Below are positions 1-6,058 of a stretch of 10,732 nucleotides of DNA, in pieces. Source of the DNA: Pseudobacteriovorax sp. Its GTDB lineage: Bacteria; Bdellovibrionota_B; Oligoflexia; Oligoflexales; Oligoflexaceae. The stretch spans positions 1-10,732 of the forward strand of contig JBNKNM010000196.1 of NCBI GenBank assembly GCA_050293845.1. Direction: 5' to 3'. Position numbers and translations under genes: made by a program. The notes below the pieces were generated by a model that was not told where the DNA came from, made no database searches, and saw only the letters and a program-made list of their open reading frames with translations. Numbering within the stretch: the stretch's first letter is position 1; every line of letters starts with the position of its first letter.

Positions 1-221
1 GCATGGGAATCCTTTTTAATGATGGCAAGGACGCTAACGACCAATAACACAAAGGACGAAAAAAATGCTGATATGGCACTGGGTACGTGTAGATAGATGA
101 TGCGATAGACTTCACCCATGTGTTTTTCCGTGGGTGCAAATTTAAGTGCCCAAAACCAGCTAAGTGATAGTGCTAGCAGTACAAAAACGCCAAAGGCAAA
201 ATGCTTCTTTTCATGTTCCAT
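1..221 (-). CDS. ccmC: Heme exporter protein CcmC (cytochrome c biogenesis), 5' part only; runs off the left edge
   Basis: Not in the ORF track. Manual translation from ATG at 221: MEHEKKHFAFGVFVLLALSLSWFWALKFAPTEKHMGEVYRIIYLHVPSAISAFFSSFVLLVVSVLAIIKKDSH... It has TM1, the CcmC-typical G-x-x-YRIIYLHVP motif with the conserved heme-ligand His, and TM2. Starts 9 nt after the ccmB stop. Confidence 0.93.
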   Translation of the reverse strand, partial: MEHEKKHFAFGVFVLLALSLSWFWALKFAPTEKHMGEVYRIIYLHVPSAISAFFSSFVLLVVSVLAIIKKDSH

Positions 222-230
222 ATCTATTCC

Positions 231-926
231 TTATTCTGCTTTGATGAGTTCACCAAATAGTAATATTCCTAATGTTAAGTAGATCACGCCAAATATTAAC
301 AGAAGTCCTAACCACGACTCTAATAGGGTACTCAAAGTATATTTATCAATGAGAATTCCTTTAGAGGACTCGACAGCTGAAATCAGGACCGGTGCTGTAA
401 GAGGAAAGTACAAAAGAGGGTAGAGAATCTGCTTTGAGCCAGAACGCATCATCATCGTTGATAACAAGACTCCAAGAGCGACCATACCCGAAAGTGCGGT
501 AATGGCCACTGTAACAAGAGGCCAAGTCAGCATTGAAATACCGCTTTTTGCGTAAAAAAAGCTTGTTAAGCCCATAGTCGGAATTAGAATTAACATTCCC
601 ATAAAAAAAACTGTCAGATATTTCCCTATGAACCAGGCCATAGGTGAAATAGGGTAGGTTCTGAGCAAATCGAACACGCGGTCCTGAAGGTCAGGCTCCA
701 GGGACCTCGCAAAGGCAATTTGAAGAGCAAAAAATGCTGTCAAATAGGTCTCAGCTACGAGCAGGCGCGCAACACCTTCTCCCTCAATGGCTCCAATAGA
801 AAAAGAAAATAATACCAATACAGTAATAGCAAACAGCAAAGGTGCCATCCAGCGCTCGGGGTTTGCCCACTCCAAACGAAAGCTATGCTGAATGAGAGTC
901 CAAATTTGGCTGGTAAACTGCTTCAT
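231..926 (-). CDS. ccmB: Heme exporter protein CcmB (ABC permease, about 6 TM helices)
   Basis: 231 aa, highly hydrophobic. FARSLEPDLQDRVFDLL resembles the CcmB F-x-x-D-x-x-DG-L region and ILYPLLYFPLTAPVLI resembles the LLPLL-x-LPL-x-x-PVLI motif. Lies between ccmA and ccmC; ATGA overlap with the ccmA stop at 923-926. Confidence 0.92.
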   Translation of the reverse strand: MKQFTSQIWTLIQHSFRLEWANPERWMAPLLFAITVLVLFSFSIGAIEGEGVARLLVAETYLTAFFALQIAFARSLEPDLQDRVFDLLRTYPISPMAWFIGKYLTVFFMGMLILIPTMGLTSFFYAKSGISMLTWPLVTVAITALSGMVALGVLLSTMMMRSGSKQILYPLLYFPLTAPVLISAVESSKGILIDKYTLSTLLESWLGLLLIFGVIYLTLGILLFGELIKAE

Positions 927-1558
927 AGATTTCCAGCCTTTCGTATTTCGTACACCTGAGGATTTAATTGTTTTAATGGCTCGACATCATGACTGACCAC
1001 CACGGCTGAGCCGCCTAGCTCTAAGTGTCCCTTGAGGATAGCCTGGAATTGCTCAATCCCTCTGGTATCCAACCCGTATAAGGGTTCATCGAGAAGCCAA
1101 AGTGGTGTCCGGGAAAGGGCTACCCTAGCTAGGGCTAAGCGCCGCTTCATCCCTGTAGAAAATTTTTCTACGGGAAAGGATTGACGAACCAAGGGGTGGG
1201 CTAAGTTCCAGCGCTCTAACTCATCAATAATGAGCTGGTCATGATGAGCAAGTCCGCGAAGCTTTAACCAAAAGCGCAGGTTTTCCATGGCATCCATTTT
1301 TCCATACAGCGCATTTGCTTCTGCAGGTAGATATTCGGTGTATAAGCGCCGATCGGTTACAAGTTTAGCATCAACTTCCAAGGAAATTGTGCCTGATGTT
1401 TCTTTGATGAGTCCTGCTAAAATTCCCATGAGGGTCGTTTTTCCACACCCATTAGGCCCGATAATGTGGATCAGCTCATGGGTCTTAACCACAAAGCTAA
1501 CCCCGTCAAGGATGGGCCTGAATTTATATCCAAATTTTACATCTGTTATCTTCAACAC
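923..1558 (-). CDS. ccmA: Heme ABC exporter ATP-binding protein CcmA
   Basis: 211 aa, GTG start. Walker A GPNGCGKTT, signature variant FSTGMKRRLALAR, Walker B LWLLDEP, H-loop VVSHD. Size and adjacency to ccmB/ccmC fit CcmA. Confidence 0.92.
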   Translation of the reverse strand: MLKITDVKFGYKFRPILDGVSFVVKTHELIHIIGPNGCGKTTLMGILAGLIKETSGTISLEVDAKLVTDRRLYTEYLPAEANALYGKMDAMENLRFWLKLRGLAHHDQLIIDELERWNLAHPLVRQSFPVEKFSTGMKRRLALARVALSRTPLWLLDEPLYGLDTRGIEQFQAILKGHLELGGSAVVVSHDVEPLKQLNPQVYEIRKAGNL

Positions 1559-1560
1559 AA

Positions 1561-2727
1561 CTAAAAATCCGCTACATTGACTGCAAAGTTTATGTGAGTT
1601 CTCCGTTCTACCACGCGAATATTATTAACTCCAACATCTTCTACACTGGAAGCTAGGTTTAAACCTATAATACCAAGGTTTATCCCTGTACCATACGATA
1701 TTCCTGCGACATTATAACCAACTCTAAATGCTGTAATGGACTCGGCTCCATATCGAGAGCCCCAAGTCCATTCCAAACTGGACTTTAATTTTTTATGTAA
1801 AGAGCTTCCTGTTTGGGTTAGGCTGTCACCTTCAAGGGTCAGGTGTAGGGCTCCCCAAGACCTGAAACTGGGATTTAAGGAGAAGCTTAACGTGGCATCT
1901 TCCTCGACGAGGAGATCCTCTTGTGCCTCGTCAGTATTACGATATTTGGTATCACCTGCATTGCGAAAAACAAGACCTAGGCTTGGTCGCCAGTGGGGAG
2001 CTAGAACCCATACAGCCCCTATATTTAGAGGGGCTCCCACATACTCTTGACGGTTATCTTTAAACTGACTTTTTCGAGTTTCGGGAGTGCTAAGGTCGGT
2101 GAACGCAAATGTTCCGGCAACAACATCCCGCTGGTAAAAGCCAGCATGCATGCCAAAATAGAAGCGTTGGCTCGGATCTTTAAAGCTGAATCCGAGACTT
2201 GGTCCTTTCACCGTTCGCGAAATTACGGAAACCTCAGTGCTGTTAGAGTCCTCAGCCGCTGCAGCTACTTGAGTGTCATAAACATACGCAATCATTGTTC
2301 TCCAGAAAACAATATTAGGTACGATGGAAACCCTTCCATACTGGCGCTTGCCTTGTTGGGTGCGTAAAATTTGGTTAACAATCGCCTCATTATTGAGGTC
2401 TTCAACTTTGCTCAAGTCGCGCTTTAGTTTCATAGTGTCATTGTTTACAGCAACAGCAAAATAAGGAAAATGGAGTTGGTTGATGATCGGTCGCTTACTA
2501 CTAACCTCAATGCCTCCGATGGCGGCAGGGTTGTAATAAGCAGCATCCATGCCATTTGCTGTCGTAGCTATAGCTCCACTCAAGCTGGCTGCTCGGGCTG
2601 ATGGCCAAAGAGATTCGTCAAAAACTGCATTCTCAATGGGACTTTTTTTTACCTGACAGAAAGAGAACTTAGCCCCAATAGTTAGGGCAAATATACTAGT
2701 CATTTTAATATGGTTGACTAAGCTCAT
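1561..2727 (-). CDS. Putative outer-membrane beta-barrel protein (TraF-like/PorV/FadL-like N-terminal plug motif)
   Basis: 388 aa with an N-terminal signal-like segment. SARAASLSGA...AAYYNPAAIG matches the R-A-x-x-M/L-G-G-A...Y/W-NPA-x-L motif of FadL/PorV/TraF-like barrels. Many amphipathic alternating strands (GPSLGFSF, FYFGMHAGF, SLGLVFRN, AFRVGYN, ISYGTGINLG); ends in INFAVNVADF with a terminal Phe. SD-like AGGAGAAGG upstream. Confidence 0.72.
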   Translation of the reverse strand: MSLVNHIKMTSIFALTIGAKFSFCQVKKSPIENAVFDESLWPSARAASLSGAIATTANGMDAAYYNPAAIGGIEVSSKRPIINQLHFPYFAVAVNNDTMKLKRDLSKVEDLNNEAIVNQILRTQQGKRQYGRVSIVPNIVFWRTMIAYVYDTQVAAAAEDSNSTEVSVISRTVKGPSLGFSFKDPSQRFYFGMHAGFYQRDVVAGTFAFTDLSTPETRKSQFKDNRQEYVGAPLNIGAVWVLAPHWRPSLGLVFRNAGDTKYRNTDEAQEDLLVEEDATLSFSLNPSFRSWGALHLTLEGDSLTQTGSSLHKKLKSSLEWTWGSRYGAESITAFRVGYNVAGISYGTGINLGIIGLNLASSVEDVGVNNIRVVERRTHINFAVNVADF

Positions 2728-2756
2728 TTAACACCTTCTCCTGCCAGCGCGTTCAC

Positions 2757-2784
2757 CTATCGGCACATCCTGATATAATCTTAA
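2757..2784 (-). promoter_or_regulatory. Putative sigma28 (FliA)-type promoter for the beta-barrel-ccmABC genes
   Basis: Minus strand reads TTAAG-attatatcaggatgt(15 nt)-GCCGATAG, inside the 60-bp gap 2728-2787 and 29 nt before the ATG at 2727. The -10 box matches the sigma28 consensus GCCGATAA at 7 of 8 positions. Confidence 0.68.
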
Positions 2785-2787
2785 GGT

Positions 2788-3750
2788 CTATTTTTCATTC
2801 GGTTTTTTGCGTGGCCTGAAGACAGATGAGCAGGTCATATGAAGATAGATCGCATCAAATTCATCAGTATTATAACATTCTATGGCACCGGAATTTTTAT
2901 CCCTTGGAGCGTCAGAATACTTATAGCGGCATTTTCCATTTAATTTCAAAGGAGTCCCACTGGCGGTAAACCTGGCAGCATTCATTTCGTAAGCTTCCCA
3001 TGGAGGGATGATGAATTCGTACTCTTTTTTTTTGGCTTCTTTATATTTACCGGATAGTTTTAGCGATAATAGCTTGTGCTTCCTTTTAATATCTTCTTGG
3101 GTAATGGTGGGCATACCTGACTCTCCCGAGCTAAGGTTCTCTGTCGATGATTTCCCATCCTTTGATTGCGTCATAATTCTCACATATAAGTTAGGCGTTT
3201 TTTTGTGGGGCTTAACCAAGGAATCGTTTTTGGGGAACATGACATACCATTTATCTCCAGTAAAAAGTTCCAATTCTACCTTACGACCAGCAGTACTCTC
3301 GCTTGCTTTGCAAGCGTAAATTCCGATGTTTTGATTCATTCCTGCATCAAGCTCCCCTAAGGGAACTACATTCGCCAATCGATAGGGAGTGTTCCAACTC
3401 ACAGCGGTACCATTATCCTGGGGGCCGGCACTAACCCGCCAACTTAGTTTTCCCGATGCATCGATATCTTTTAGCTCGAATGCAATACTAGTGCTTTTGC
3501 ATATTCTATGATCGGGTTTCTCGGGATCGGTAGTGATAGTCAGGCATTGATCCTGCGGAGGGTTGACTTGGATAAATCCTTTGGTTCGCAAGTGGTTCGC
3601 AGAAAATTTAACTTTACTTGAGCGCTTGATGCGAACTGTATGACCTACAGGAGGTGAAAACATAGGCTTGAGAATTTTCAACCGCTCCTGTTGGGTTGCC
3701 GATTGGTTAAATAGAGAAGCTATGATGAACGAATTGAAAAGCACACTCAC
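2788..3750 (-). CDS. Hypothetical protein, probably exported, six cysteines
   Basis: 320-aa open frame. Its GTG start overlaps the upstream stop (GTGA at 3747-3750). Short hydrophobic N-terminus, Lys-rich, beta-rich composition, 6 Cys, no CXXCH. No family recognised. Confidence 0.8.
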   Translation of the reverse strand: MSVLFNSFIIASLFNQSATQQERLKILKPMFSPPVGHTVRIKRSSKVKFSANHLRTKGFIQVNPPQDQCLTITTDPEKPDHRICKSTSIAFELKDIDASGKLSWRVSAGPQDNGTAVSWNTPYRLANVVPLGELDAGMNQNIGIYACKASESTAGRKVELELFTGDKWYVMFPKNDSLVKPHKKTPNLYVRIMTQSKDGKSSTENLSSGESGMPTITQEDIKRKHKLLSLKLSGKYKEAKKKEYEFIIPPWEAYEMNAARFTASGTPLKLNGKCRYKYSDAPRDKNSGAIECYNTDEFDAIYLHMTCSSVFRPRKKPNEK

Positions 3751-4673
3751 TGGGTAAATCTCATCTCGTAGATATCAGTACTCATATTATGGGTATATAA
3801 GATTGAGGAACTCTTGGGTGACCATAGGGGGAATCTCTCATCTGCACCTGGGGTCCGGGTAAGGTCTTTCAGGGAGCCATCCAAAGAAATGATAGAAATA
3901 TCGTGACTTACAATTTTTTTACCAATAAACTTGGCCTTGGCGAATAAAATTAGTTTGCCATGAGGATGCCAACTGGGATCTGTACCACGTGCCAGCAGCT
4001 GTGGTGATTCGCCATCTTTTGCCAGGTAGATGCGTTCGTGCTTGGTCGCCCATACAATGCTTCTTCCATCTGGTGAAATTTTATAGGAATAGACCGATTT
4101 TTCTGCGCTCATGGGACGCATAGAAATACCATTATTACTAACCCAAAAAACGCGATCTCCCGCGACAAGCCAGTAACCTAGCTTAGTTTTCAGAGAACGC
4201 TTCCAAGTTCCCATTCGCTCCGTAGGATATTCTAATTTGTGGGACTTTATGCCGTCTTTGGAGAGTATATAAAAGCGGTAATCACGGGGGTCCAAGCTAA
4301 TGGAACTGGTTAAACCCTCGTATTTTTCAAGGCTTACGCTATTTTTAAGGTAGGTATCATAGGCTTTTAGTTCTGATATAGCTCCATCCTTATTGCTGTA
4401 TACCTCCCTATAAAATAAACGAGCCCCATCGGGAGCCCAAAAAAAAGCATGGCCTACATGATATGAGGAGATACGGTAACTGTCTCCCGTTTTTAAATTG
4501 GCGATGAACAGCCCTTTTCCCTGACTATTTGTATAGGCCAATAATTTATTTAGACGATTAATTTTGGGAAAAAATATATGTCCTTCTATCCTGAGATATG
4601 GCGTGGAAACTGGTGTCCTTCCCACGCCATAGCAAGGTAGGGTCAGTAATATAAGAATGAGCATTTTAACCAT
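3747..4673 (-). CDS. Exported TolB-like (PD40 repeat) beta-propeller protein
   Basis: 308 aa with signal peptide MVKMLILILLTLPCYG. Repeated PD40-type blades: FFWAPDGARLFY, ISLDPRDYRFYI, ISPDGRSIVW, PSWHPHGKLILF, PLWSPKSSSILY. Too short to contain the TolB N-terminal alpha/beta domain and no pal neighbour, so not called tolB. SD-like AAGGGAGAG upstream. Confidence 0.82.
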   Translation of the reverse strand: MVKMLILILLTLPCYGVGRTPVSTPYLRIEGHIFFPKINRLNKLLAYTNSQGKGLFIANLKTGDSYRISSYHVGHAFFWAPDGARLFYREVYSNKDGAISELKAYDTYLKNSVSLEKYEGLTSSISLDPRDYRFYILSKDGIKSHKLEYPTERMGTWKRSLKTKLGYWLVAGDRVFWVSNNGISMRPMSAEKSVYSYKISPDGRSIVWATKHERIYLAKDGESPQLLARGTDPSWHPHGKLILFAKAKFIGKKIVSHDISIISLDGSLKDLTRTPGADERFPLWSPKSSSILYTHNMSTDIYEMRFTQ

Positions 4674-5030
4674 ATGGCTCTCCCTTGGTTATGAGCATAT
4701 CACAGCCTTCCTCTTACAATTTTTCCTACTTATGTATTACAGTGATAACTTACTAGAATAAAAACCTGGGAATCTGAAGAATTCTTCGTTTGCTGCGTTA
4801 TGCCAACCTTCCGAAACTCTCACCTACTTTGCTATGCTGCGGTTTAGAAAGCGCGTCATGCATCCGAAGCTTTTTCGAATTCCTTAAAATTATTAACTAA
4901 TTTTCAATTGTTTCGATCCGGGAAATACGAATCGAATTTTCTAGGCTCAGGATTCCTGTTATGTCAGGCGGGAAAGGTATATTCTCATGTGTCGTCGATG
5001 ATGTTAAAATTTCGAAAAGGTAAGTTTTAC

Positions 5031-5058
5031 TTTAGCTTACCATCTGAATTACCGATAA
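5031..5058 (+). promoter_or_regulatory. Putative sigma28 (FliA)-type promoter for the gltF-like gene
   Basis: TTTAG-cttaccatctgaatt(15 nt)-ACCGATAA, 26 nt before the ATG at 5085. Same spacing as the motif at 2757-2784. Followed by SD-like AGAGGG at 5075-5080. Confidence 0.58.
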
Positions 5059-5084
5059 GATAGCGGATTTGCAAAGAGGGTATC

Positions 5085-5456
5085 ATGAATCTTATTCTAT
5101 TTCTTATTTTAACATTTTATATGAGTAGCACTTTACTGGCTATACCGACGAAATTGCCGGTGTTCAATAGCAGCAAGACGCAAAGCCTTGATGCTAGAAT
5201 TTTACTAGCAAAAGGTAAGAAAAAGGATCGCAAAGGTAAAAAACGCTACCTTCAGGGTGAAGCTAGAAGTTCTTCAAGTAAGACATCCATAGATTTTGAT
5301 GCAGCCTCCATTGATGGCGAGCGTCGTACCCCTGTAGGAGTGCAAGTTGGTGGTACCAAGCAGGATAATGGTTACGATTTGATTAATTTAAGGCTTCGTT
5401 GGCATCCGGAAATGATTAAGTCGACATCAAATCTAGAGACCGGTAAAAGTCAATAG
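5085..5456 (+). CDS. gltF: Exported small protein, GltF/CglF (adventurous gliding motility) family-like
   Basis: 123 aa: signal peptide ending LLA, Lys-rich linker, then KTSIDFDAASIDGERRTPVG...K...YDLINLRLRWHPEMIKSTSNL. This follows the GltF/CglF pattern KT-x-IDF-x4-I-x-G-[DE]-x3-P-x-G...LI-x-x-R-x-x-[FW]-x6-S-x3-L as I recall it from myxobacterial proteins; recognised by eye, not by search. Confidence 0.66.
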   Translation: MNLILFLILTFYMSSTLLAIPTKLPVFNSSKTQSLDARILLAKGKKKDRKGKKRYLQGEARSSSSKTSIDFDAASIDGERRTPVGVQVGGTKQDNGYDLINLRLRWHPEMIKSTSNLETGKSQ

Positions 5457-5466
5457 ATTAGTTCGT

Positions 5467-6006
5467 TTAAAGTGCAGTATGAAGCTCTAGAAATCGATCG
5501 AGTTCAATGATGTCTTTCTGCTGGACGGATAACTTTCTCCAGGTTAGCCATCCATAGCGATCACCTAGGTATATTGTTGGTAGGTCTGGCTGGTGAAAAT
5601 TGTTCATCAACTCAACATTGGCCAGTATATTATAGCCCTTTATCTGGTATGCTTTTACAAATCCTGCGGCGTCTGCCTCCGTATCATGGGCAAAAATATA
5701 AACAAAAGTAGTATGACGTTTTTCATATTTTTCTTGTAATTCTATAATATTACGAATAAGCACCTGGCAAGGGATACACCAGGATGCTAGGAAGATAGCA
5801 ACTGTTGCATAACCTCGTTGAGGTTTGAAAGTTAGTCGTTCTGTATCGCCAATTTTTTTTCCTGAGATTACAGGAAAATTATACCAAGAATGAACATATC
5901 TGCTTGTGATAGTATCAAGGATAGCATTAGTTTTTGGCGCTGGTTCGGCAGCTCTTCCGTTGTGAGCTGATAGTAGAAGGATGAAGTATAAAAACCATTT
6001 TCTCAC
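5467..6006 (-). CDS. Exported TlpA/ResA/CcmG-like thiol-disulfide oxidoreductase (thioredoxin fold)
   Basis: FLASWCIPCQ (WCxxC) active site and cis-Pro motif DLPTIYLGDRYG. The ORF track starts at TTG 6018, but GGAGGA (6011-6016, minus strand) sits just before the GTG at 6006, giving MRKWFLYFILLLSAHNGRA, a clean signal peptide. Confidence 0.85.
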   Translation of the reverse strand: MRKWFLYFILLLSAHNGRAAEPAPKTNAILDTITSRYVHSWYNFPVISGKKIGDTERLTFKPQRGYATVAIFLASWCIPCQVLIRNIIELQEKYEKRHTTFVYIFAHDTEADAAGFVKAYQIKGYNILANVELMNNFHQPDLPTIYLGDRYGWLTWRKLSVQQKDIIELDRFLELHTAL

Positions 6007-6058
6007 GAAATCCTCCAAATCTAAGTTAACTTCATTTTATCATAGGTAGTAGCAAGCA

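Noticed and set aside
1123..1175. Two palindromes in ccmA: CCCTAGCTAGGG (1123-1134) and GTAGAAAA-T-TTTTCTAC (1155-1171), the second superficially like a Cas12a repeat stem
   Set aside because: Single copies inside the conserved ABC-signature coding region, with no spacer periodicity and no cas gene; arm order is the reverse of the Cas12a repeat. Probably chance.
1287..2367. Plus-strand ORFs 1287-1580, 1736-2050 and 2047-2367
   Set aside because: Entirely antisense to ccmA and the barrel gene, with Ser/Arg-rich shadow composition and no motifs.
3008..3319. Plus-strand 103-aa ORF
   Set aside because: Antisense shadow of the Lys-rich 320-aa gene; its Phe/Leu richness mirrors the Lys/Glu codons on the other strand.
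3747..4673. Calling this gene tolB, or a lipoprotein
   Set aside because: No TolB N-terminal domain and no tolQRA/pal neighbours; LTLPC is not a canonical lipobox because of the Pro before the Cys.
4789..4806. Sigma54-like TTGGCATAACGCAGCAAA on the minus strand
   Set aside because: GG-to-GC spacing is 9 nt rather than the strict 10, and the TT before GC is missing.
5177..5187. GACGCAAAGCC, resembling the core of a c-di-GMP-I riboswitch
   Set aside because: It lies inside the gltF-like coding sequence, and the upstream GGCAAAC/GNRA stem and downstream P3/P1 pairing are absent.
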